A stretch of DNA of 64,000 nucleotides, taken from contig CAVRVY010000003.1 in NCBI GenBank assembly GCA_963724765.1, positions 1,440,001 through 1,504,000 on the forward strand. Direction: 5' to 3'. The DNA comes from an uncultured delta proteobacterium (GTDB lineage: Bacteria > Desulfobacterota > Binatia > Binatales > Binataceae). The notes below the pieces were generated by a model. It was not told where the DNA came from, ran no database searches, and was given only the letters and a program-made list of their open reading frames with translations. Shown piece after piece: positions 1-8,986 of the stretch. Each line of letters starts with the position of its first letter. The first letter of the stretch is position 1. The position numbers and the translations under genes were made by a program.

Positions 1-627
1 GAAAATATCGATGGGCTTGACTATTGCGACGGCTGCGGCGCGAAGCTGAATGCCGCGGCCCCGGCGCCGGCAGGCGAAAGCGGCGGGGCTGCCGCCTCCG
101 AATCGGCCGCCGCGGAACCAGCGCCGGCCGAGGCCGCGCCCGCCGAGGCCGCCTCCGAGGCTCCGGCGACACCGCCTCCATCCGAAGCGCCGACCGGCGA
201 AATCAAGCCGCCGCCCGAAGCGAGCGCCACCGCAGCGGCTGCTGCGCCGGCCGCGGAAGCCCCGGGGGCTGCGGCGGAGGCTTCGACGGCACGCGCCAAG
301 CTGCAAGTCGTGCGCGGCGGACGCAAGGGCCAGGAGTTCCCGCTCGAGGACGGCAACAACCTGGTCGGCCGATGGGATCCGGAGACCGGCGCGTTTCCCG
401 AGGTCGATCTCGACCAGGACGATCCCGAGGCCAAGATCTCGCGCAAGCACGCGCTCATCCGCTTTGAGGGCGGCAAGATCACGGTCGAGGATATCGGCAG
501 CCTCAACGGCACCTATGTTAATCGCCAGCCGCGCCTGATGCCTGGAAATCCGATCGAGCTGAAAACGGGTGACGAGATCATTATCGGCAAAACATTTCTC
601 AAGTTGATCGTCGAGCCGGTTTCCTAG
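1..627 (+). CDS. Zinc-ribbon + low-complexity linker + FHA domain protein (5' truncated by window edge)
   Basis: Frame 1 is open from base 1: ENIDGLDYCDGCGAKL (CxxC), Ala/Pro/Glu linker, then FHA motifs VGRWD, ISRKHA, DIGSLNGTYVN, GDEIIIG. The ORF track reports only 310..627. Confidence 0.9.
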   Translation, partial: ENIDGLDYCDGCGAKLNAAAPAPAGESGGAAASESAAAEPAPAEAAPAEAASEAPATPPPSEAPTGEIKPPPEASATAAAAAPAAEAPGAAAEASTARAKLQVVRGGRKGQEFPLEDGNNLVGRWDPETGAFPEVDLDQDDPEAKISRKHALIRFEGGKITVEDIGSLNGTYVNRQPRLMPGNPIELKTGDEIIIGKTFLKLIVEPVS

Positions 628-715
628 ACCCGAGGTGCGTGAGATGCCACGCGGAGGCCCGGTCGGGGAGCCGGGCCTTTGCCGTCTCGGCGCCAGGTTG
701 GATCGCTAAGTCATC

Positions 716-2560
716 ATGAAACCCGGTGAGCAGCTTCCCGCCGGTCAAATGCTCGATGGCCGTTACCGTGTACACAAGGTACTCGGCCAGGGCGGGATGG
801 GACGGGTCTATCTCGCCAACGACACCCGTCTGGCCAACCGGCCCGTCGCCGCCAAGGAAATGATCATCGGCGACGGGATCGCCGAGAAAAAAGCGATCGA
901 AGACTTCGCGCGCGAGGCCCGCGTGCTCGCCTCGCTTTCGCATCCGGGCATCCCCAACGTCATCGACTACTTCGCCGAGAACAACCGCCATTACCTGGTG
1001 ATGGAGTTCGTCGCCGGCGGCGATTTGCAGGGCATGCTCGACAAGCTCGGGCCCAAGGGCAAATTGCCCGAGACGCGGGTGCTGCGCTGGGCGCGCCAGA
1101 TGCTCGACGTGCTCGGTTTTCTGCACAGCCAGACGCCGCCAATCATCTATCGCGACCTCAAGCCCGGCAACATCATGATCGACAAGGACGGCCGTGCGAT
1201 GCTGATCGACTTCGGCATCGCGCGCTTCCTGCCGCCCGGCGGACGCGGCACGCAAATCGGCTCGGTCGGCTATGCTCCGCCCGAGCAGTACATGGGCAAG
1301 GTCGAGCCGCGCTCAGACCTCTATTCGCTCGCCGCCACGATGCATCATCTGCTGAGCGGCCGCGATCCGCAGCTCGAGCCGCCGTTTAGCTTCCCACTGC
1401 TGCGTGATCTGAGTCCCGAAGTATCGATAAAGACTGCCGAGGTCGTGATGCGCGCGCTCGACAAGGACGTCGAAAGGCGCCCGCCCTCGGCGCGCGACAT
1501 GATGCACGCGCTGCCGGACCCTGGTCCCGAGCCCAAGGCCTCAGGCGCACTCGGTTCCAGCGCGGGCAGTAGCGCGCCGGTGGCCTCCATGCGGACCGTG
1601 GTGCTCGACCGTCCGCAATCAGGCGGCTCGCCCGGCGTGGCCGTGCAGCCCCCGGCAAGCGGGCGGCGTCTCGGCGCGCCGCCATCGTCGAGCAGCGCGT
1701 CCGTGAAACCGTCGCCGACCAATATGCCGACCGTGGTGCTAGGCCGTTCCGAACCTCGAGGACCCGCCGCTGCCGCACCTCCGTCTGCGTCACCACTGGC
1801 CGCGCCGCCGACGCTCGCGTCGAGCACGGCGGCAGGCGTCGCCAGGGTGAAATCGCTGGCGCGGTCGGCGCGGGCGATGGCGCAGCGGGCGGCGGCGAAG
1901 ATAGAAGCACAACAATCGCTGTTCGCCAGGCCTGCTGACGTCTCTTCGACCGCCAAAACCCAGGACCTAAGCGGCAAGGCAAAGGAGGTGGCGCTGGCGA
2001 CGCCCGTCGCCGCACCCTCCAGAAGCGAGTCGATCTCGAAGAGCGGGCCGGTCTCGAAGGTTCGGGCCAAAGAAGTCCCCTCGGGAACAAAAGCAGGCTC
2101 ATCCAGGAACGCCGCGCCGAGCGGGTCCGCGTCTGTTTCTTCGAGCGCATCGTTGGGTGCATCGTCGGGGGCGTGGACTGCGAGCGGCAGGAAAGCCGGC
2201 CAAAACGGCAACTCGCCGGCGCCCTCGGATGCGCAAATCAATGCGGGCGCTTGGCTGGTTGCGAGCGGCAGCGCGCCGCGGTTCGGGCTGATGCAGAGCC
2301 GCACGATCGTCGGACGCGCGCTCGGCGGCGAGGAACCCGATATCGACCTCGGCACGCTCAAGGGCATCGCCGATCGCGTCTCGCGCCGCCATGCCGAGAT
2401 CATCAAACACGGCGCGGACTACTTCATCCGCGACCTTGGCAGCCTCAACGGCACCTACATCACCGGCCGCGGACGCCTGGGCCGCGACCAACTCTACAAG
2501 CTCAAGGATCGGGACCAGGTGGTGTTCGGCAGCGCTAAACTGGAGTTTCGAAAGGGCTAA
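716..2560 (+). CDS. Hanks-type Ser/Thr protein kinase with C-terminal FHA domain
   Basis: LGQGGMGRVY, VAAKE, YRDLKPGN, DFG, GYAPPEQ, SDLYSL; Ser/Ala/Pro linker; FHA motifs VGR, VSRRHA, DLGSLNGT. No TM segment. Confidence 0.95.
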   Translation: MKPGEQLPAGQMLDGRYRVHKVLGQGGMGRVYLANDTRLANRPVAAKEMIIGDGIAEKKAIEDFAREARVLASLSHPGIPNVIDYFAENNRHYLVMEFVAGGDLQGMLDKLGPKGKLPETRVLRWARQMLDVLGFLHSQTPPIIYRDLKPGNIMIDKDGRAMLIDFGIARFLPPGGRGTQIGSVGYAPPEQYMGKVEPRSDLYSLAATMHHLLSGRDPQLEPPFSFPLLRDLSPEVSIKTAEVVMRALDKDVERRPPSARDMMHALPDPGPEPKASGALGSSAGSSAPVASMRTVVLDRPQSGGSPGVAVQPPASGRRLGAPPSSSSASVKPSPTNMPTVVLGRSEPRGPAAAAPPSASPLAAPPTLASSTAAGVARVKSLARSARAMAQRAAAKIEAQQSLFARPADVSSTAKTQDLSGKAKEVALATPVAAPSRSESISKSGPVSKVRAKEVPSGTKAGSSRNAAPSGSASVSSSASLGASSGAWTASGRKAGQNGNSPAPSDAQINAGAWLVASGSAPRFGLMQSRTIVGRALGGEEPDIDLGTLKGIADRVSRRHAEIIKHGADYFIRDLGSLNGTYITGRGRLGRDQLYKLKDRDQVVFGSAKLEFRKG

Positions 2561-2580
2561 ATGCCCAAGGGCCAAGTGTG

Positions 2581-4749
2581 ATGATAACGTGCCCAGAGTG
2601 TGGCCAGGCGGCTCCCGACGACGCCAAGTTCTGTGACCGTTGCGGCCAGGGACTCGCGAAGTCTATCGCGCCCAAGGTCGAATATGCGATCGCGGCGCTG
2701 GAGCCTGGCGCTTTAGTGCGCGGCGAATTCCGCATCGTCGAGCTGATCGGCCGCTCGGCGCTGGAGAATCGCTATCGTGCCGAGCGGACGCGCAATGGCG
2801 CCGGTCCCGAGCGCCTGCAATTGCGTGAGCGGCTGGGGCCGACGCCCGCGGAGAGCGCGCACGAGGAAGCGCCGGCAGTCGCCTGCGACAACGAAACTTC
2901 GCCGCACGAAGATCCAACCGGACCACATGCCAAGACCGCGGAGTTGAAGCATCCCGCATCGCCACCGCCCGCTGACTCAACCGCCGCGGCGGGTGCTGGG
3001 GTCGGCGGCGCAAAGAGCGCAGCCGATACGGCCGCGCTGGCAGGCTCCAACGGTGCCAGCGCCGCCCCTCAGCCGGCCGCGGTCGCGCCCGGCGCAGAGG
3101 AGAGCGCCGCCGTCAACGACAACGAGGGCGCGAACAACGAGGGCGCGCAGGCGCCCGCCGCTGCGCGGGCTTCAGGTGCGACCGAACCGCTGACCCTCGA
3201 TGAAACGTCGGCCGAACGCGAACCCGAGCCGGCGCCGCAGCCTGAGCCGCAGGCTGCGTTGTCGTCCGCTACGGAAGCCGCCGCGAGCGGAAGCGGGGCA
3301 CGCCAGAGCGTGGAGCATGACGACTTGCGCGAAAATGTGCGCGACAATCAGGAAGATCTGGGCGATCTATTCGGACGCGTGCTTGCGCTTTCGCTCACCG
3401 TCAACCATCCGGCCTTCCAGCGCGCGGCCGACGGCTTCGCCGACGGCGGTCGGGTTTACCTGGTCTACCCCGACGAGCAGTTCGTCGCGCTGGCGCAGCG
3501 CCGCGGCGGGCTCAAGATGAGCGAGGGCGAGGCGGTCGGAATCGCGATCCAGGTCTGCCAGGGAGTTTCGTTCCTGAACCGTCGCGGCCTCAGGCTCAAC
3601 GACATCTGCCCGCAGTCCGTCGCCTATGGCCCCGGCGGCCGGGTGAAGCTCCTCGGTCTGGACTACGTCAGCAACGACAACGAGCTTCAGAGCGAACCGA
3701 TCTTCAACGACGGCTACACCGCGCCCGAAGTCTATCGCGGCAAGCGCGTCGACAAGCGGGCCGACGTGTTCTCGATCGGCGCGCTGCTTTACAGTTGCCT
3801 GACCGGTGAACGGCTGGAGTCCGAGAGCTGGCGGGAGGAGGCGGGCCTCGTGCGTTTCTATCCGCCGCACGTGGTCTCGCCCGAGCTGGAGCAAGTGGTA
3901 CGCCGCGCGCTACTGTTCGATCCGCAGGGGCGATGGCCGACGGTGGATGCGCTCAAGGCTGAGCTGGTCAGACTGAATGCGGCGGTGCGGATTCGCGCCG
4001 CCGTGATGACCGACGTCGGGATGGTGCGCGAACATAACGAGGACGCGACGATGGCGGTCGAGTTCGTGCGCCAGAGCCTGGTCGGTCCGGCAGAGAGCTA
4101 TCTTTACGTGGTGGCCGACGGGATGGGCGGGGCGGAGGCGGGCGAGGTCGCCAGCGCAATTGCCGTCGAAGCGATTCGCAACTATGTTGAAGACGGGCTG
4201 GGTCGCGCGGAGGCCCAAAATCCGAGTCAACTGTTGACGGCGGCGCTCGAGGAGGCCAACCGCAAGATCATCGAGTACCAGGCGGCGCATCCAGAGTCCC
4301 GTGGGATGGGGTCGACCGCGGTGAGCCTGCTTATCGTACCGCCGGAAGGAGCTGTGGCGTGGGTTGGCGACAGCAGAGTTTACCTGTCCGACGCTTCCGG
4401 GCTGCGCCAATTGACGCGTGATCATTCTCTGGTGCAGCGGCTTATTGAAATCGGCCAGATCACGCCCGAGGAGGCGCGCCATCACGAACACAAAAACGTG
4501 ATCACGCGCTCGCTCGGCGCGCGCCAGAGCGGACCGGCCGGAGCCGAGGGGCTTGCGCTCAAGCTCAAACGCGGTGACCGCGTAATGCTGTGCAGCGACG
4601 GACTGACCGCTCACGTTGAAGACAAGACAATTAGCGAAGTGCTGCGCCGCCACGACGATCCGTACGCGGCGACGCGCGAGTTGGTAGTGGCTGCTAACGC
4701 GGGGGGTGGAACGGACAACGTCTCGGTGATTGTTGTGTTTGCTGATTGA
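2581..4749 (+). CDS. Zinc-ribbon + degenerate kinase domain + PP2C/PPM (Stp1-like) Ser/Thr phosphatase fusion
   Basis: CPECG..FCDRCG; kinase C-lobe (GYTAPE, ADVFSIG); PP2C motifs TDVGMVREHNED, VADGMGG, VGDSR, DHS, CSDGL, GGTDNVSV. Confidence 0.92.
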   Translation: MITCPECGQAAPDDAKFCDRCGQGLAKSIAPKVEYAIAALEPGALVRGEFRIVELIGRSALENRYRAERTRNGAGPERLQLRERLGPTPAESAHEEAPAVACDNETSPHEDPTGPHAKTAELKHPASPPPADSTAAAGAGVGGAKSAADTAALAGSNGASAAPQPAAVAPGAEESAAVNDNEGANNEGAQAPAAARASGATEPLTLDETSAEREPEPAPQPEPQAALSSATEAAASGSGARQSVEHDDLRENVRDNQEDLGDLFGRVLALSLTVNHPAFQRAADGFADGGRVYLVYPDEQFVALAQRRGGLKMSEGEAVGIAIQVCQGVSFLNRRGLRLNDICPQSVAYGPGGRVKLLGLDYVSNDNELQSEPIFNDGYTAPEVYRGKRVDKRADVFSIGALLYSCLTGERLESESWREEAGLVRFYPPHVVSPELEQVVRRALLFDPQGRWPTVDALKAELVRLNAAVRIRAAVMTDVGMVREHNEDATMAVEFVRQSLVGPAESYLYVVADGMGGAEAGEVASAIAVEAIRNYVEDGLGRAEAQNPSQLLTAALEEANRKIIEYQAAHPESRGMGSTAVSLLIVPPEGAVAWVGDSRVYLSDASGLRQLTRDHSLVQRLIEIGQITPEEARHHEHKNVITRSLGARQSGPAGAEGLALKLKRGDRVMLCSDGLTAHVEDKTISEVLRRHDDPYAATRELVVAANAGGGTDNVSVIVVFAD

Positions 4750-7115
4750 TGGCGAATACTGGCACATCCGGCGCTCTGCCTAACGAGCCGCTCACGTCCG
4801 GCACGGTTCTGCAAAACCGCTACGATATCGAACGCCTGCTGGGCGGCGGCGGGATGGGGATGGTCTACCTGGCGCATGACCAGCGCCTGGCCAACCGCCC
4901 GTGCGCGGTCAAGGAGATGGTCGACCACTTCATCGATCAGCAGCAGCGGATCGAGGCCAACGAGTACTTCGCCCGCGAGGCCGACACCCTGGCCCAGCTC
5001 AAGCACGCGGCCATCCCCGCGATCACCGACCGCTTCGACGATCAAAATCGCCACTACCTGGTGATGGAGTACGTCGAGGGCCGCAACCTCGAGGAGGAGA
5101 TTGCGGCGCGCGGCGGCCCGCTGCCCGAAGGGCTCATAATCGACATCGCACGCCAGCTCTGCGACGTGCTCGCCTACCTGCACGGTTGCACGCCGCCCGT
5201 GATCTACCGCGACATGAAGCCGTCCAACGTGATGCTGACGCCGAAGGGGCGGGTGGTGCTGATCGACTTCGGCATCGCGCGCCTGTTCAAGAGCGCGCGC
5301 AAGGGCACCATGATCGGCACGCTCGGCTTCGCGCCACCCGAGCAATACCAGGGTGCGGTCGACCCGCGCAGCGACATCTATTCGCTCGGCGCGACGCTGC
5401 ACTACGTCCTTACCGGGCGTGACCCCGAAAAATTTCCGCCCTTCAGCTTTCCCCCGGTGCGCGACCTGCGTCCGGAGGTCTCGACCAACCTGGCAGGCGC
5501 GATCGACCGCGCGCTCGCCTACCAGGCCGACGCGCGCCCCGCGAACATCCAGGACTTCCGCGACATGCTGCTCTACGGCAAGGGCCTCGGCGAGCTCGTT
5601 GGATCGCCGGCGGTCACCTCGCAAGGCGGTACCGCCGACCTCGTCCTGTCGCCCGACGTCGCCGAGGCGATCGCGCCGTCGCATCGCCGGCGCCGCCGCC
5701 GCAGGCATCGCGCCGTGGCCCTGGCAGCCTTCTTCGCAATCGTGGCCGGTGGCGCTTTCGGCGCGACCTACGTCTATAACAATCCGCAATTGCAGCAGCG
5801 GCTGGGGGTCAAATCCTTCGTCGACAGCTTGCCCTGGAAGGTCCAGGAGCGCCTGGACGCCGCCGAGACCCATCCGCTCGATTTCCAGCGCATGACGCTC
5901 CAGCTCTCGACCCGCTCGGGCACGCCGCTCAGTTCGCCGCGGGCGAGCTTCACCAATATCGAGTTGGCCAACAACCAGTACCTGCAGTGGAACACCTCGT
6001 TCGCCAATCGCCTCGCGGGGCTCAAGGGACAAGACGAGAAGGTCCAGGCGCGCTTCTTCAGTCCCTCGGGCCTGCAAATCGCTTCCAGCGACGCGAGCCG
6101 GTTTGTCGGACCAGGCGAGAACACGGCCGAGTTCAGCGGCGTCGCGCTGATGCCGGACCTGGGCGCGCTCCCGGCCGGCAATTATAAGGTCGGAATCTAC
6201 GTAAATGACCAAGCGGTCGCCGAGCAGGCGTTTGCGGTTACCCAGGACCTCAACGCGCTGAAAGCCGCCGAGGCCGCCAACGAAGCCGAGAAGGCGCGCG
6301 AGGCGGCCGACAAGGCCAAGGCACATGACGAAGCAGAACGTCTCGCGATGCTCGAGGTGCGCCGGCGCAAGCCCCTCCAGCTGGCCGGCATCGAATTCGT
6401 CAACAGCACCAAATCGGGCACACCGCTGGCCGGGCCGGCGACGAGCTTCAGTGCGGCCAAGGTGCTGTTCGTCAACTGGCGCATAACCTTCGATAATCGA
6501 CTGTTCAACCTCGACACCGGTCAATACCGGGTCGACGCCGCGTATATCGCGCCCGACGGCCATACCCTGGGCAGCGTCGACGACATCCGCATCGTGCCGC
6601 CCTCCGCGCGCAGTGCGACCTTCAGCGGCAGGGTCGGCAACTCGGCCGGCGGCGCATTTCTGCCCGGGCAGTACACGGTCAATTTCTATCTCAACGGGCA
6701 GTATGTCGCGCAGAAGAAGTTTCGCGTGCTGGCCGACAGTTCGCAGTCCTACCCGGCATCGCTCGGCGGTTCATCGGGCCTGCCCAGTGCTGGCACCGGC
6801 ACGGGCACAATCGATGTTCCGACGCTCGCCACCGGACGTATCGACGGGCTGTCCGGCGTCACCAATATCCCGTTGGAGTTGCGGCTGCGCCCGCAGCCCA
6901 ACGGCTTCCTGCACGGTGAGATGGTGATTCATCAGGCGGGCTACGGCGCCACGCCGATCCAGGGCTTTATCCGCGGCAACCATGTCGAATTCCAGGTGCC
7001 GTACGGCGCCAAAACGCTGTACTTCGACGGCCGGCGCAATGCCGACCAGCTCAATGGTACGTTTTCCGCCACGCCCACTGGTGAGCGTGGCACCTGGACG
7101 ACCGTCACCAATTGA
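4749..7115 (+). CDS. Membrane-anchored receptor-type Ser/Thr kinase with large extracytoplasmic region
   Basis: LGGGGMGMVY, AVKE, YRDMKPSN, DFG, GFAPPEQ; poly-Arg then one hydrophobic TM (AVALAAFFAIVAGGAFGATYVY); beta-rich C-terminal domains. ATG overlaps the upstream TGA. Confidence 0.95.
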   Translation: MANTGTSGALPNEPLTSGTVLQNRYDIERLLGGGGMGMVYLAHDQRLANRPCAVKEMVDHFIDQQQRIEANEYFAREADTLAQLKHAAIPAITDRFDDQNRHYLVMEYVEGRNLEEEIAARGGPLPEGLIIDIARQLCDVLAYLHGCTPPVIYRDMKPSNVMLTPKGRVVLIDFGIARLFKSARKGTMIGTLGFAPPEQYQGAVDPRSDIYSLGATLHYVLTGRDPEKFPPFSFPPVRDLRPEVSTNLAGAIDRALAYQADARPANIQDFRDMLLYGKGLGELVGSPAVTSQGGTADLVLSPDVAEAIAPSHRRRRRRRHRAVALAAFFAIVAGGAFGATYVYNNPQLQQRLGVKSFVDSLPWKVQERLDAAETHPLDFQRMTLQLSTRSGTPLSSPRASFTNIELANNQYLQWNTSFANRLAGLKGQDEKVQARFFSPSGLQIASSDASRFVGPGENTAEFSGVALMPDLGALPAGNYKVGIYVNDQAVAEQAFAVTQDLNALKAAEAANEAEKAREAADKAKAHDEAERLAMLEVRRRKPLQLAGIEFVNSTKSGTPLAGPATSFSAAKVLFVNWRITFDNRLFNLDTGQYRVDAAYIAPDGHTLGSVDDIRIVPPSARSATFSGRVGNSAGGAFLPGQYTVNFYLNGQYVAQKKFRVLADSSQSYPASLGGSSGLPSAGTGTGTIDVPTLATGRIDGLSGVTNIPLELRLRPQPNGFLHGEMVIHQAGYGATPIQGFIRGNHVEFQVPYGAKTLYFDGRRNADQLNGTFSATPTGERGTWTTVTN

Positions 7116-7297
7116 GCGTCGCGGGCAGGGTGGAACCGCGCTCGCGGGCCAATCGTTATCCGATCGCGATTATCCGATATACTTTCGCGGTCGTCGAATA
7201 ACTCGGAATAACTCGGCAGCAACTACACCGGGCATCAATCAGCGCGGCGCGCTTGAACGTTCGAGCGCCACGCGCAATGCTCTGTGACGGACGCGCT

Positions 7298-8170
7298 ATG
7301 GCGAGGAATGTCTCTCAGGAAAAGCTCCTCTTTTACGCAGCCGCGGGCGGCCTGGGTGGATTCGCGGCCTGGGGCGTGCAGGAGTCGATGGCCGGCATCC
7401 GGTACTATCTGCTGCGCGACGCGGTGCTGGGCGCAATCATCGGGCTGTTCATTTGCGCTTTTCTCGCCTCGATCGAGGCGCTCAGCGTAGGCCAATGGCG
7501 CCAGGCGATACGCGGGGTCAAGAGCGGCGCGATCTTCGGCGCGCTCGGCGGCGCCGCGGGCTTGATCGGTGGTGAGATCCTGTTCGACATCCTGCACGGG
7601 TTTGTCGGCCGCGTAGTCGGGTGGGCGATCCTCGGTGTGGCGGTGGGACTGGGTGTTGGATGGGCCTCCGGGTCAGCCGCGCGCAAGCGCAACGGCGCGC
7701 TCGGCGGACTTATCGGTGGTGCACTTGGCGGAGTCTGCTACCAGACCCTGACCACCACGTTTCCGCAGTTCTTCGGCCGCGCGATAGCGATAATCGTGCT
7801 CGGCATGCTGATCGGCTTTTTCATCGGGCTGGTGGGCGAGTTGCTCAAGCGCGGCTGGCTGATGGTAATCCGCAGCCAGAGCCGCAACGCGCGCGAGGGC
7901 CGCGAATATCCGCTGACCAAGCCGGTCACGATCATCGGGCGCGCCGAAGAGAGCGATATCGGACTGTTTGGCGACCAGGCCGTGATGGCCCATCACGCGA
8001 TTATCCGGCGCGAGGGGCGCGACTTCGTAGTCAGTCCGGCCGGCGGTGGCCAGGTGCTGATCAATCGCCGCCCGGTGGCGGGCCGCCAGGCGCTGCGCAG
8101 CGGTGACCGCGTCGAGGTCGGCGGAACACTGTTCATTTTTCGCGAACGCGCCCAAGCCGCGCAGAGTTGA
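7298..8170 (+). CDS. Multi-pass Gly-rich membrane protein with C-terminal FHA-fold domain
   Basis: About 6 Gly-rich hydrophobic segments, then REYPLTKPVTIIGR..HHAII..LRSGDRVEVG. ATG at 7298 preferred over TTG at 7253. Confidence 0.88.
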   Translation: MARNVSQEKLLFYAAAGGLGGFAAWGVQESMAGIRYYLLRDAVLGAIIGLFICAFLASIEALSVGQWRQAIRGVKSGAIFGALGGAAGLIGGEILFDILHGFVGRVVGWAILGVAVGLGVGWASGSAARKRNGALGGLIGGALGGVCYQTLTTTFPQFFGRAIAIIVLGMLIGFFIGLVGELLKRGWLMVIRSQSRNAREGREYPLTKPVTIIGRAEESDIGLFGDQAVMAHHAIIRREGRDFVVSPAGGGQVLINRRPVAGRQALRSGDRVEVGGTLFIFRERAQAAQS

Positions 8171-8179
8171 GGCGCAAAG

Positions 8180-8968
8180 TTGAGGAGCGTCGTGGGCTTA
8201 CGCACTGCCGGTTGGCAACTGCTCGCCGCGGCGATGGCGGCGGCGCTCATGGCCGCGTGCGCGACCACCGTTCAGCAGGAAATCGCCGAGGAGCCGCCGA
8301 CTGCGGTCGAGACGCTCTCCTACTTTCCCTTCCAGGTGAAGGGCTATCAGAACAGCTATCCGCGGAGCCGAATCCTGGTGCTGATGCCGGTCGATGCGCG
8401 CGATTTCAAAGATGTTGCGGGCCAGAGCCATGAGCCGCAAGACGGCAATCCCGCAACCGGCGTGATGCTCGGGCCGGACGGCGCCGTCGTTCAGCGGGTC
8501 TATAGCTCGCCGCTCGGCCCGATTCTGCAAGGCGCGATCGTACGCGCGGCCGATGAGGCCGGGATGCTCGCGACGGCCTCCAACGATACGTTGGAGGCCG
8601 CTCTCAAGGAGACCAACGAGGATTACGTCCTGGCGAGCAGGATTACCCGATGCTGGGTGAACAAGCATACCGGGACGGATGCCAACGCGCCGGCCAGCGC
8701 GGGGCCGGGCTGGTTCACCACTGCCGACGTCGCGCTGGACGTAATCATCTACAAGCCTCCGTTCAACGTGGCCTTCTGGCAAGGCGAAAGCGCCGCAACC
8801 TACAACGATCCGCCGGCCGATAATGGCAGCGGGATGGGCGACGACGTTCCGATTTACGACCGGCCGAGCCAGGTTCTGTCCGTGGCGCTGACGCGGGCGG
8901 TGGCGGGAATTTTCAAGCGCGAGGCGCTGCACGCGCTGGTGGTGCAGGACACGGTCCGCGCGCCCTGA
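8180..8968 (+). CDS. Putative lipoprotein (possibly YajG/CsgG-like alpha/beta fold)
   Basis: Signal peptide ending in lipobox-like LMAA-C; starts 9 bp after the previous gene; fold guess from pattern only. Confidence 0.75.
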   Translation: MRSVVGLRTAGWQLLAAAMAAALMAACATTVQQEIAEEPPTAVETLSYFPFQVKGYQNSYPRSRILVLMPVDARDFKDVAGQSHEPQDGNPATGVMLGPDGAVVQRVYSSPLGPILQGAIVRAADEAGMLATASNDTLEAALKETNEDYVLASRITRCWVNKHTGTDANAPASAGPGWFTTADVALDVIIYKPPFNVAFWQGESAATYNDPPADNGSGMGDDVPIYDRPSQVLSVALTRAVAGIFKREALHALVVQDTVRAP

Positions 8969-8986
8969 TTTTTTCGCGGTCGCGCG

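Noticed and set aside
4611-6563. 650-aa minus-strand ORF
   Set aside because: Antisense shadow of the kinase genes; such long shadows are expected in high-GC DNA, and it has no recognisable motifs.
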